From a virus, in the IMG/VR virus record IMGVR_UViG_3300044716_000883, positions 115,382 through 179,381 of that record: DNA of 64,000 nt, one strand, 5' to 3'. A program made the translations under genes and the position numbers. Below are positions 39,005-48,376 of this stretch, piece after piece; within the stretch, counting starts at the first letter, position 1, and each line of letters starts with the position of its first letter. Below the pieces are notes generated by a model. That model searched no databases, had not been told where the DNA came from, and was given only the letters and a program-made list of their open reading frames with translations.

Positions 39005-41173
39005 ATGGGCGAAAAAATTTTATCTCCTGGCGTATTCCAAAATGAATCTGACCAATCGTTAGTTCAAAGAGGTATCCAAGGTACAGCAACTGCTATCGTT
39101 GGTCCAACCGTGTTGGGTCAACCATTAGTTCCTACCTATGTTACTTCATACACTGAATTCCAACAAAAATTCGGAGAAACATTTAAGAGTGGTAGTTACT
39201 ACTACGAATATTTTACATCATTAGCTGCTAGAGATTTCTTTAGCAACGGTGGTCAAACATTATTAGTTACTAGAGTTATTAGTGGTAGCAATAATGTAAA
39301 TACTTATGCACAAGCAGATGTACCAAACTCTTTAACAGCAACTGCTGGTACTGTATCTTCTGCTTCATTTGTATTAAATTCATTTGATACCGGTAGTACT
39401 CCATATATGGCACTTGGTATTCCTAATGAAAATACTTATCTTATAAATGTAAACCAAAATACATCCTGGCTGCCAGCAGGATCAACATATGCTGATACAG
39501 TTTCAGAAATACTTCATGTTTTTGTTGGGGCAAGCCCAACCATTGATCAGGTAGGTAACTATATTACAGCCTCTCTTAATGCAAGTGCTAGTCTCTTTAG
39601 AAATAAGTTTACAGCATCTTTTGATACTGCTACTGATACTTTAACTTTTACCACAGTTGTTACAGCTAACCAAAATAGTGTTCCTAACAACAATTGGTTT
39701 GTAAGCCGTTCATTGTATGGCCCTAGTATTACACTTAAAAGCCCTAATAGTACTGGACAGTTTTTTGATAATGGTGCTGATGGTACTGTAAATAATACAT
39801 TTACTCTTGAAACTATAGCTTGGGGTAACCAAATGAACAATACATCAAGTATATCAGCTGGTGCTCTAGCAAGTGGTAGTGCAGCTAACGTTCGTTGGGA
39901 AGTTACAAATGTAAACACAGGAAGCGGTACATTTAACTTAGCAATTCGTGCAGGTAATGATAATACTGCTCAACCTAACTATCTAGAAACATATACTAAC
40001 TTATCATTAGATCCAGCTTTACCTAACTATATCTCTCGTGTAATTGGTGACAATAAGCCAGTTTACAAAGTGGATGGTGATGGTGTTCCATTTATTGATT
40101 ACACTGGTTCTTATGCTAATGCTTCTCCATATGTTCGTGTTAAGTCTGTAGATTACCCACAAATTGATTCAATTGATAATAATGGTAATTATAAGTCTGC
40201 TTCTTTAGCATCTAGCTTACCACTATTAGGTAGTGGTTCAAAGGGTGGTTCATTTGCTGGTGGTGTTGCTGCAACAAACGCACCTCAATTAATGAACGAA
40301 GCAATTACATCTACAAACGTACAAGGATTCTTTTCTAATGATTACATCAATGCATTCAATTTATTAACAAATAAAGATGAATACCAATTTAATGTATTAT
40401 TAGCACCAGGTATTACTTTAGATAATAGTGCTGCTGCTTACATGATCGCTACTTGTGAAGGTAGAGGTGATGCTATTGCAATGGTAGATTGTAAAACATA
40501 TGGTTCAACTGTAACAGGTGCTACACAAGCAGCTGCTGGTCAATCTAGCAACTACGCTGCTGCTTATTGGCCTTGGGTTCAATTACGCTCAACTGGATTA
40601 GGCAAAGCAGTATGGGCCCCAGCTTCAACTATAATGGGTGGTGTTTTAGCATTCAACGACCAAGTTGGTGCTGAATGGTTCGCTCCAGCAGGTTTAAACA
40701 GAGGTGGTGTTAATGCATTAAAAGCTGAAAGAAAATTATCTCAAGCAGATCGTGATGCCTTATATGAAGGTAATGTTAACCCATTAGCTACATTCCCTGG
40801 AAATGGTGTTGTAGTATTTGGTCAAAAGACATTACAGAAGAAAGCTACAGCTTTAGATAGAGTAAACGTTCGTCGTTTATTGATTAGATTAAAAGATTTC
40901 ATCGGTGATGTTGCAAACAACTTAGTATTCGAACAAAATACAACAATAACTCGTAATAGATTCTTATCTCAAGTAAACCCTTATTTAGATTCAGTAGTAC
41001 AACAACAAGGTTTATATGCTTACCAAGTGGTGATGGATGATTCAAACAACACACCTGATGTAATCGATAGAAACCAATTAGTAGGTCAGATTTATATCCA
41101 ACCAACTAAGACAGCTGAATTTATCATATTAAATTTCAACGTATTACCAACTGGCGCTACATTCCCTGCATAA
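39005..41173 (+). CDS. Contractile tail sheath protein
   Basis: SPGVFQNESD N-terminus; YAAAYWPW, WFAPAGLNRG, NPLATFPG.G.VVFGQKTL, LDRVNVRRL, IYIQPTKTAEFI.LNF. Confidence 0.95.
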   Translation: MGEKILSPGVFQNESDQSLVQRGIQGTATAIVGPTVLGQPLVPTYVTSYTEFQQKFGETFKSGSYYYEYFTSLAARDFFSNGGQTLLVTRVISGSNNVNTYAQADVPNSLTATAGTVSSASFVLNSFDTGSTPYMALGIPNENTYLINVNQNTSWLPAGSTYADTVSEILHVFVGASPTIDQVGNYITASLNASASLFRNKFTASFDTATDTLTFTTVVTANQNSVPNNNWFVSRSLYGPSITLKSPNSTGQFFDNGADGTVNNTFTLETIAWGNQMNNTSSISAGALASGSAANVRWEVTNVNTGSGTFNLAIRAGNDNTAQPNYLETYTNLSLDPALPNYISRVIGDNKPVYKVDGDGVPFIDYTGSYANASPYVRVKSVDYPQIDSIDNNGNYKSASLASSLPLLGSGSKGGSFAGGVAATNAPQLMNEAITSTNVQGFFSNDYINAFNLLTNKDEYQFNVLLAPGITLDNSAAAYMIATCEGRGDAIAMVDCKTYGSTVTGATQAAAGQSSNYAAAYWPWVQLRSTGLGKAVWAPASTIMGGVLAFNDQVGAEWFAPAGLNRGGVNALKAERKLSQADRDALYEGNVNPLATFPGNGVVVFGQKTLQKKATALDRVNVRRLLIRLKDFIGDVANNLVFEQNTTITRNRFLSQVNPYLDSVVQQQGLYAYQVVMDDSNNTPDVIDRNQLVGQIYIQPTKTAEFIILNFNVLPTGATFPA

Positions 41174-41189
41174 GGGGGTGTAGTTGCTA

Positions 41190-41197
41190 ATATTTAT
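41190..41197 (+). promoter_or_regulatory. Candidate late-promoter motif upstream of the tail tube gene
   Basis: Intergenic ATATTTAT flanked by a TTGCTA/TAGCAA inverted repeat. Confidence 0.45.
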
Positions 41198-41223
41198 TAA
41201 TAGCAATATAAACACAACATAAA

Positions 41224-41709
41224 ATGGCTGTATTATCACCAAACGAAATAATGTTCACAGCGTTTGAACCTAAAGTTCAGAATCGTTTTATCATGTACAT
41301 CGATGGTATTCCTGCGTACTTGATTAAAAAGGCATCTGCTCCTGGATTTGAAGCTGGTGAAATTATTTTAGATCATATCAACGTTTACCGTAAAGTTAAA
41401 GGTAAAGTTCGTTGGAATGACATGACTTTAGAATTATATGATCCTGTAACTCCATCAGGTGCACAATCAGTAATGGAATGGGCTCGTTTAGCACACGAAT
41501 CAGTAACAGGCCGCGATGGTTACTCAGATTTCTACAAAAAGAGCATCACATTAGACATCTTAGGTCCAGTAGGTGATGTAGTAGGTGAGTGGATTATCAA
41601 CGGTGCTTACGTTAAAACTGCAACTTTCGGTGAATACGATTGGAGCGCAGACGCAGCAGTTAGCTTATCAGTAGTGATAGCTATGGATTATTGCGTATTG
41701 AACTTCTAA
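41224..41709 (+). CDS. Tail tube protein (T4 gp19-like)
   Basis: FEPK.QNRF, W.DMTLELYDP, YKK.ITL..LGP.G.VV.EW...GA, follows the sheath gene. Confidence 0.9.
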   Translation: MAVLSPNEIMFTAFEPKVQNRFIMYIDGIPAYLIKKASAPGFEAGEIILDHINVYRKVKGKVRWNDMTLELYDPVTPSGAQSVMEWARLAHESVTGRDGYSDFYKKSITLDILGPVGDVVGEWIINGAYVKTATFGEYDWSADAAVSLSVVIAMDYCVLNF

Positions 41710-41733
41710 TTATATTTCAATATCTTTTTATAT

Positions 41734-41770
41734 AAGGCGTCTGCTTTTAGCAGACGTCTTTTTTTGTTTT
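41734..41770 (+). terminator. Intrinsic terminator
   Basis: 12-bp stem AAGGCGTCTGCT/AGCAGACGTCTT (one G-U pair) followed by a T-run. Confidence 0.85.
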
Positions 41771-41779
41771 ATATTTATA
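41771..41779 (+). promoter_or_regulatory. Candidate late promoter; ATATTTATATCCATG is identical to 43347..43361
   Basis: 15-bp identity; both copies follow a terminator. Confidence 0.55.
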
Positions 41780-41782
41780 TCC

Positions 41783-42277
41783 ATGGAATTATTAAAGTCG
41801 TTTGATAAAACAAAACTAGATTTAGAAAATCCTTCACCATCGGGTTTTAATAGACTTGATACTATTACTGATTACAACGCTAATAGCACAGGTACCCCAA
41901 CTAGTAAAGCAAATCCTGGTGCACCATCTCGTTTCTTTCAAAAATTTGTTCCACAAGAAACATATTTACAATACGTTAAGAATTTATCTGGCAAAAGTAA
42001 TTTATTAAATTTAAGTGGCCTTAATAGTAGTATTGATCTTTCTACCAACACTAACTATACAATATTTGACGCTACTGACCTTGACATTGAAAAACCAGGA
42101 GTTAATGGTGGTATTCCATACAAACAAGAAAAAGACCCAACAGTATACCCAGTAACAGCACAAAGAGTAACACCATCAAGGGGGGCATTCCCAGTACAGG
42201 GAGAGGGTGCTAAAAAATATACCCAACCTTTTTCCCCAACTAAAACATACTCAGAGTTTATAAAGAAGTTTATTTAA
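41783..42277 (+). CDS. Hypothetical virion protein, similar to 45623..46006
   Basis: L...K..KL.LE....GFN start and LD..........GG....YK motif shared by the two. Confidence 0.55.
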   Translation: MELLKSFDKTKLDLENPSPSGFNRLDTITDYNANSTGTPTSKANPGAPSRFFQKFVPQETYLQYVKNLSGKSNLLNLSGLNSSIDLSTNTNYTIFDATDLDIEKPGVNGGIPYKQEKDPTVYPVTAQRVTPSRGAFPVQGEGAKKYTQPFSPTKTYSEFIKKFI

Positions 42278-42283
42278 TACTTA

Positions 42284-42315
42284 CTTGGTAAATGCCTTTT
42301 TTCTTCGTATATTTA
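42284..42315 (+). promoter_or_regulatory. Bacteroidota-type promoter CTTG-N20-TATATTTA
   Basis: Consensus spacing. Confidence 0.5.
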
Positions 42316-42340
42316 TATATATAATAAATAAAATAAGTTT

Positions 42341-43084
42341 ATGGCTGAATTAAAAATTCCAACAGAAATCGTTTCGTTACCCTCAAAAGGTTTATTGTAC
42401 CCCGAGACATCCCCACTATCTAAAGGCGAAGTTGAGATGAAATATATGACGGCAAAAGAAGAAGATATTCTTACCAATACCAACTTTATTCGTCAAGGTA
42501 CCGTTATTGATAAATTATTACAAGCACTAATTGTAACACCAATTGATTACAATGAATTACTAATTGGTGATAAAAATGCAATATTAGTTGCTGCTCGTGT
42601 TTTAGGTTATGGTAAAGATTATTCTTTTACATACAATAGTAAAGAAGTATCTGTTGATTTATCTACATTAGAAGATAAAGTAGTTGACGAATCACTATTT
42701 ACCCGTGGCTCAAATGAATTTAATTTCACATTACCACACTCAGGTAACAACGTTACATTTAAATTATTAACACACGGTGACGAACAAAAAATCGAAGCTG
42801 AGATTAAAGGTTTATTAAAAGCAAACCCAAATGTGTCTACAGATGTTACTACACGTTTAAAACATATGATCACTTCAATTGAAGGTAAACGTGATCAAAA
42901 AGATATCCGTGATTTTGTTGATAATTACTTAATTGCTAAAGACGCTAGAGCATTACGTGAGTATTACGCTAAAATCCAACCAGATATTAATTTGCTATAT
43001 AAACCAGAAGATGGTAATTATACAGGGGAGGGTATAGCTATTCCGATTTCACTTAACTTTTTTTGGCCTGACTCAGGACTATAG
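42341..43084 (+). CDS. Tail assembly chaperone / T4 gp26-like baseplate hub assembly protein
   Basis: LPSKG..YP, MTAKEEDIL, GDKNAIL.AAR.LGYG, FFWP end; lies between the tube and tape measure genes. Confidence 0.75.
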   Translation: MAELKIPTEIVSLPSKGLLYPETSPLSKGEVEMKYMTAKEEDILTNTNFIRQGTVIDKLLQALIVTPIDYNELLIGDKNAILVAARVLGYGKDYSFTYNSKEVSVDLSTLEDKVVDESLFTRGSNEFNFTLPHSGNNVTFKLLTHGDEQKIEAEIKGLLKANPNVSTDVTTRLKHMITSIEGKRDQKDIRDFVDNYLIAKDARALREYYAKIQPDINLLYKPEDGNYTGEGIAIPISLNFFWPDSGL

Positions 43085-43337
43085 ATTAGTATTATTTAAT
43101 CAAATCCACGAAATTGTATTTCACGGAAATGGTGGTTACGATTGGGACACTGTTTATAATATGCCTATTTGGTTACGTTTATTTACGTACAATAAAATGA
43201 AAGAACATTATGCTAAACAGAATGAGGAAAACGAAAAAATAAATAATCAATTACAAAATAAAGTTGCAAATATTGCAAAACCAAACATAAATCAACCACC
43301 CCCACCAACATACAAAGTAAAGGCGCCTAAGAAATAG
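43065..43337 (+). CDS. +1-frame extension of the chaperone (GT-like / T4 gp51-like), absent from the ORF track
   Basis: GLTQDYRLVLFNQIHEIVFHGNGGYDWDTVYNMPIWLR...; no ATG before 43161; overlaps a T7 run at 43058..43064. Confidence 0.65.
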   Translation, partial: GLTQDYRLVLFNQIHEIVFHGNGGYDWDTVYNMPIWLRLFTYNKMKEHYAKQNEENEKINNQLQNKVANIAKPNINQPPPPTYKVKAPKK

Positions 43338-43345
43338 GCGCTTTT
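43320..43345 (+). terminator. Intrinsic terminator
   Basis: Stem AAGGCGCCTA/TAGGCGCTTT (one G-U pair), 5-nt loop, TTTT. Confidence 0.7.
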
Positions 43346-43346
43346 A

Positions 43347-43355
43347 ATATTTATA
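43347..43355 (+). promoter_or_regulatory. Candidate late promoter for the tape measure gene
   Basis: ATATTTAT-N4-ATG. Confidence 0.5.
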
Positions 43356-43358
43356 TCC

Positions 43359-45584
43359 ATGCGCATAGATTTTACACCACGTTTATTTATGAATCCCCAA
43401 GCGGATCTTAAAGCAGCCCAGGAATTAGCTGAGGTTGTTGAGGTTCTTAAAGATTCCTTTAAGAGCTTAGGGGTTATTATTAAACAGGAAATTGGGGATA
43501 ATATTAAAGATGCTGATAAGTTTACAAAAGCTTATGGTAAAACATTAGCATCTGATCTTACAAGATCATTCAATAGTTTAGGTAAAAAAAGCGAAGAACT
43601 TCTTAAAAACCAAGAAGCATTAAAAAATGGTCAAGCTAAGAGTAAAGATATTCTAAAGCAAATTGAACAAATAGAGCAAAAAAGAAAAAATGTTTCTATT
43701 GATCTAAAAAATGCTCTTAAAGCAGGAGTAATAGACCAACAACAATACACAAATCTACTATCAGAATCCCTTCAAAAACACGAAGAAACAATTGAAGCTC
43801 TAAAAACCCAATCAGAGCATGCTATGCGTACTGAGAATGCAATGGGTAATTTAGGAAGTATTGTCAAGGGTTTAAATAAAATTCCTATATTAGGTAGTTT
43901 AATTAATAGTGAAAAGGTTTTAGAAAAAATGCAGCAAACTGCTGCTAAAACAGGAAGTTCTCTTGCTGTAATGGGAACCGGTATTCTTGAATTAGGTAAA
44001 AGTATTGGTAAAGGCTTTACTGATCCCCTTACAGTACTAACATTTTTTCTTAATGCTGGATTAAAAGCAGATAAACAAACTACTGAATTAGCTAAGTCTT
44101 TAGGTATAGGAAAAGATCAAGCAAGTGGTTTACGCCAAAACTTTGTTAGATATGCTGCCGCAACAGGAGATGCTTTTATCACTACTGATAAATTAGTAGA
44201 AGCCCAAGGTGAGTTAACTAATGAATTAGGAATAGCAGCCCAATATTCAGGCAAACAAACAGAAGATTTTACCCGTTTAACCAAATTAATGGGATTATCA
44301 GCGAATGAAGCTGGTAAATTGGCTCGTTTATCTGTTGTAAATGGTGCTTCAATAGAAGATACTACTAAATCAATTATTAAAGGATCAGCAGCTTCTCAAA
44401 GATCAAATAAGATTTCTGTTGATCAAAGAACAATATTAAAAGATGTAGCTAATCTAAGTGCAGGAATACTTGTTAAATTTCAAGGTAATCCAGAAGCATT
44501 AGGAGCAGCAGTCGTACAAGCAAGAGCATTAGGTTTAAATTTAGAAGAAGTAGATAAAATTGGTGAATCGCTTTTAAACTGGGAATCATCAATCGAAAAT
44601 GAACTTAAAGCTGAACTAATAACAGGTAAACAACTTAATCTAGAAAGAGCAAGAGCAGCTGCCTTAACTGGTGACCAAGCAGCATTAATGCAAGAAATAG
44701 GTTCGCAAGTAGGTACATTGGGAGAATACCAAAACATGAACGTTATAGCTCAAAAATCATTAGCTGAAGCGTTTGGGTTAAGTAGAGATGAGATGAGTAA
44801 AATGCTTATTGAACAAGAAAAAATTAATAAGCTGGGTGATGTATCTCAAATGACTCTTGATCAACAACTAGAAGCATTAAAAGCACAAGGTGAACCTTTA
44901 GATAGTGTTTTGTATAAACAAATCCAACAACAATCAGCACAAGAAAAATTCAATAATGCTATTTCAAAATTACAAGATTTAATTGGTAATTTAGTAGCAG
45001 GTCCTTTTGGTACCTTTATTGATATGTTATCTAATGCTGCAAGTAGTGGTTTTGCTCTTAAAGCAGCAATCGTAGCTATTGGTTCTTTATCATTAGCTAG
45101 AACAATAGGAAGTTTAGTAACTATGGCTTCTACATTATCGGCATCCGCGGTAGCTGGTACAACAACAGCATCAGCTCTTACATTAGGATTAGGTGCTGTA
45201 GCAATTGTTGCTGGAGTTACAGCTGTGATATCTATGATGAATAGTGCCTCAGATGAGGCTTCAAAAAGGGCACAACAAGTGCAAGATGGTATAGCATCTT
45301 CAAGTAAAGGTCCATTCACTATCACAGATAAATTTGGTGCAACTGCTATAACAGCAGCTGGTGATGGTATTGCTGTTTCACCTAACATTAATAAAGGTGG
45401 AGGTGGTGATAATACAGGATTAATGTCCGCAATCAATGAATTAAGAAACGCAGTAAACGCATTAGCTAATAAACCTGCACCAGCAATGGCAATACAAGTA
45501 GGCGCAGAAAAATTAGGTGAAGTCGTTGGAAGACAAGCAGAAACAGGTACTAACCAATACAAAAATGCATATAGACTAGCATAA
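43359..45584 (+). CDS. Tape measure protein
   Basis: 741 aa, helical and Ala/Leu/Gln-rich, hydrophobic G/A-rich segment near the C-terminus, canonical position after the chaperone. Confidence 0.8.
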   Translation: MRIDFTPRLFMNPQADLKAAQELAEVVEVLKDSFKSLGVIIKQEIGDNIKDADKFTKAYGKTLASDLTRSFNSLGKKSEELLKNQEALKNGQAKSKDILKQIEQIEQKRKNVSIDLKNALKAGVIDQQQYTNLLSESLQKHEETIEALKTQSEHAMRTENAMGNLGSIVKGLNKIPILGSLINSEKVLEKMQQTAAKTGSSLAVMGTGILELGKSIGKGFTDPLTVLTFFLNAGLKADKQTTELAKSLGIGKDQASGLRQNFVRYAAATGDAFITTDKLVEAQGELTNELGIAAQYSGKQTEDFTRLTKLMGLSANEAGKLARLSVVNGASIEDTTKSIIKGSAASQRSNKISVDQRTILKDVANLSAGILVKFQGNPEALGAAVVQARALGLNLEEVDKIGESLLNWESSIENELKAELITGKQLNLERARAAALTGDQAALMQEIGSQVGTLGEYQNMNVIAQKSLAEAFGLSRDEMSKMLIEQEKINKLGDVSQMTLDQQLEALKAQGEPLDSVLYKQIQQQSAQEKFNNAISKLQDLIGNLVAGPFGTFIDMLSNAASSGFALKAAIVAIGSLSLARTIGSLVTMASTLSASAVAGTTTASALTLGLGAVAIVAGVTAVISMMNSASDEASKRAQQVQDGIASSSKGPFTITDKFGATAITAAGDGIAVSPNINKGGGGDNTGLMSAINELRNAVNALANKPAPAMAIQVGAEKLGEVVGRQAETGTNQYKNAYRLA

Positions 45585-45591
45585 CCATTAA

Positions 45592-45600
45592 ATATTTATA
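45592..45600 (+). promoter_or_regulatory. Candidate late-promoter motif
   Basis: AATATTTATACGAAAC is shared with 13755..13770. Confidence 0.55.
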
Positions 45601-45622
45601 CGAAACAATTAAATAATTAAAA

Positions 45623-46006
45623 ATGTCACTAGAAAACAAATTAAAGGATAGTAAATTAAGCTTAGAGGGTAACGGATTTAATCCACAACTTAAAACACCT
45701 TCTTGGGGATTCAGTAACCCAAATGTTAACCCAGCAACATTAAACCCATTAGACCCAAAACTTAGTGCACTACAATATACACATGGTGTAGACTCTGTAC
45801 CAAAAGATGTTAAGATTGTAAGTTTTAACAAAACACAATACAAACCATATTTGCCAACAGAATCTCAATTAGATGAATTAGATACAAGAGCTCCTAGAAA
45901 TAGTAGAGCTGGTGGGGTAGGATCTGTAGTATCACAAATCTACAAATCATCAACCAACCAGAACTATAAAGACAAAGGTCCTAAAACTGGCCGTTACATA
46001 TCATAA
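45623..46006 (+). CDS. Hypothetical virion protein
   Basis: 127 aa; see 41783..42277. Confidence 0.55.
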   Translation: MSLENKLKDSKLSLEGNGFNPQLKTPSWGFSNPNVNPATLNPLDPKLSALQYTHGVDSVPKDVKIVSFNKTQYKPYLPTESQLDELDTRAPRNSRAGGVGSVVSQIYKSSTNQNYKDKGPKTGRYIS

Positions 46007-46015
46007 TTAATAGGA

Positions 46016-48058
46016 ATGCCTCTAATAGACCTAAAAACAAACTTAAAGTCACTTAAGTATGGCAATGATCGTACTAATGCCGGAAGCAGTGGCCAACCTT
46101 ATGTAATAACTGATCCTGACGGTAATACTAATTTGTCTCTAGGTGCCAATAATGTGGCTGGTGATGTTCTTCGCCTTATAGGTGTAAACAAAGTTCCTTT
46201 AGTTCCAAATTTATCTGTTAAATTAAATGATAGTAAAGTAGGACGATTTGTCAATCAAGCATTAAATACAGATGATTTTATTAGAGGAGGAGCTGTAGGG
46301 TCTGTTCAAGCATCTATTAATGATATTTTTCGTATAGGGGCTTTCCTTACAGATGTACCTAAAGGATCTATATTCATTGCTAAGCAAGTAGGTTTACAAT
46401 TATCAAACCCAAAATTAGAAGTTAAAAAAGGTGGAGCTGCTTTTTTTGGTGGTATTCTTAAGGCTGCTTTTAGTGGTAGCCCGGCTCAAGCATTAGGTAC
46501 TGCTACTGGTGGGATTTTAGGACCTACTCGTATATATAATGCTGGTATTAATACTTTAGCTCAAGTACCTTCAAATGCATTTGGTATTCACTTTAGTAGA
46601 CATGGTTTATTGCCTGTACAAGACGAACAAACTAAATATGAAAATGTAGTTACTTTTAATAATAACAGCACTGATAGTAAAAATAATAGATTAGTAGAGT
46701 TAGTAGATAAATTTGATTTAGGAGATCAAGCTTATGAAGCAAATCCTAATTTCAATCTTAACGCAGCTAGAAAAGCAAACAGACAAGCAAATAGGCAAGG
46801 TAGGAAAAATAATAGACAATCAAATCAATACCAACGATTTTTAAATACTGCATACCCCGGTATTCCTCACACTACTACTAAGTTTAAAAAACAAAAATTA
46901 GATCTTTCTAAATTTACAATTTCTGCTTATCCAACAGGCCCTGGATCCGTATATGGTATAGGAACTACTATAATTCAAAGATATAGTTTCTCTGAAGACA
47001 AATTAAAAATTGAAGAATCTTTAAGTAATGCTTCTAGTTTTGCTGGTAACTCTAGACTTAATTCTGCTCCTATAGAGTATACAAATGCCTTAGGAGAAAA
47101 AGCAAAACTATCTACTAATACTGCTGCTAAATCCATTAACAAATATGTTGGTATAAATTTCAACTCAACAACAGGATCAGCCGATATTAAAGGTGCTTTA
47201 ACACAAGGAACTTTTGGCACATATGCTAAATTAGTAAGTGAAGTAAATTTAAGAACCACTTCTTCTCAAGCAATACCTGCATTTGGCACTTACACAAGTA
47301 TAAATAATGTTACTTATGGTAGTAAAATTTCTACTACAGATCCTCAAGTAAATAGAGGTACACCTGATTTTAGATATTATGGAACGGGCTCCCTAGTAGC
47401 TAATACTTCTGGCTCTGCAAAAACATACAATAATTCTACTGTCCTTACTAGAAATGATGCTAGTATAATGAGTGTAATATTTAGAGCTATTAATCCATTT
47501 GATGCATCATCGTCAACTAATGAGAAATCATGGGCATTTAATGCTTATATGAGTGGTTATAAAGATGATTTTAATGCTACTTGGAATGATATTAATTATG
47601 CAGGTAGAGCAGAAAGTTTTTATATTTACAATAAATTTAAACGCTCCATAAGTTTTAACTTAAAAATACCTTGCTTTAATAAAATAGAATTATATCAAAA
47701 ACATAGAGAATTAGGACAATTAGCATCAGTAACAGCTGGCTCTTATAAAAATAATGTATTATTAGGTGGTGTTTTACTTAAAATAAACATGGGTAATTAT
47801 TTAGTTGGTGAATATGCTACTTTAAATAATGTAAGCTATAGTATTCCTGATAATGCTTCTTGGGATATAGCAGATGATGCTTTATTATCAATGTATCTTG
47901 ATGTTAGTTTTAATTTAACAATAGTACATAAAGACTTACCACGCTATCAACAAGCAGAGGGTACATCTGGATTCTTTGGCCACTTACCATCTCAATTAAC
48001 ACCAGCCTACACTGCTTCTGTAATAACTCCTATATTAACCAAATTTAAAATAGATTAA
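46016..48058 (+). CDS. Baseplate/tail-tube initiator-like protein
   Basis: C-terminal F.AY.SG..D.F.A.W....Y.GR.E.FY.Y..F.R.ISF tube-fold motif; upstream of a LysM gene. Confidence 0.5.
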   Translation: MPLIDLKTNLKSLKYGNDRTNAGSSGQPYVITDPDGNTNLSLGANNVAGDVLRLIGVNKVPLVPNLSVKLNDSKVGRFVNQALNTDDFIRGGAVGSVQASINDIFRIGAFLTDVPKGSIFIAKQVGLQLSNPKLEVKKGGAAFFGGILKAAFSGSPAQALGTATGGILGPTRIYNAGINTLAQVPSNAFGIHFSRHGLLPVQDEQTKYENVVTFNNNSTDSKNNRLVELVDKFDLGDQAYEANPNFNLNAARKANRQANRQGRKNNRQSNQYQRFLNTAYPGIPHTTTKFKKQKLDLSKFTISAYPTGPGSVYGIGTTIIQRYSFSEDKLKIEESLSNASSFAGNSRLNSAPIEYTNALGEKAKLSTNTAAKSINKYVGINFNSTTGSADIKGALTQGTFGTYAKLVSEVNLRTTSSQAIPAFGTYTSINNVTYGSKISTTDPQVNRGTPDFRYYGTGSLVANTSGSAKTYNNSTVLTRNDASIMSVIFRAINPFDASSSTNEKSWAFNAYMSGYKDDFNATWNDINYAGRAESFYIYNKFKRSISFNLKIPCFNKIELYQKHRELGQLASVTAGSYKNNVLLGGVLLKINMGNYLVGEYATLNNVSYSIPDNASWDIADDALLSMYLDVSFNLTIVHKDLPRYQQAEGTSGFFGHLPSQLTPAYTASVITPILTKFKID

Positions 48059-48062
48059 GTAA

Positions 48063-48371
48063 ATGGAACGTTATACTAGCACAGACATATTAAAGCAAGC
48101 AAATACAAATCGCCCATATTACAAAGGTAAATTCTACCCAGATATTCCCTTATCAGAGTCTGATGAATATATTATTACAACTGTTGGAGATAGACTTGAT
48201 AATATAGCTTATTCTTATTACCTTGATACTACCTTATGGTGGGTGATTGCTGCTGCAAACAATAATATAACTAAAGGTGCATTGTACCCAGAACCAGGCA
48301 CACAATTAAGAATACCAACAGATGTAAATGCTGTTTTAAATTTATATGATCAATTCAATAAAGCCAGATAA
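48063..48371 (+). CDS. LysM-like baseplate protein (gp53/tail X-like)
   Basis: TVGDRLDNIAYSYY.D..LWWVIA.AN...PGTQLRIP. Confidence 0.75.
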   Translation: MERYTSTDILKQANTNRPYYKGKFYPDIPLSESDEYIITTVGDRLDNIAYSYYLDTTLWWVIAAANNNITKGALYPEPGTQLRIPTDVNAVLNLYDQFNKAR

Positions 48372-48376
48372 ATGTT

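Noticed and set aside
44480-45843. Minus-strand ORFs up to 233 aa opposite the tape measure gene
   Set aside because: Antisense to a well-supported gene, with no motifs and no minus-strand expression signals.
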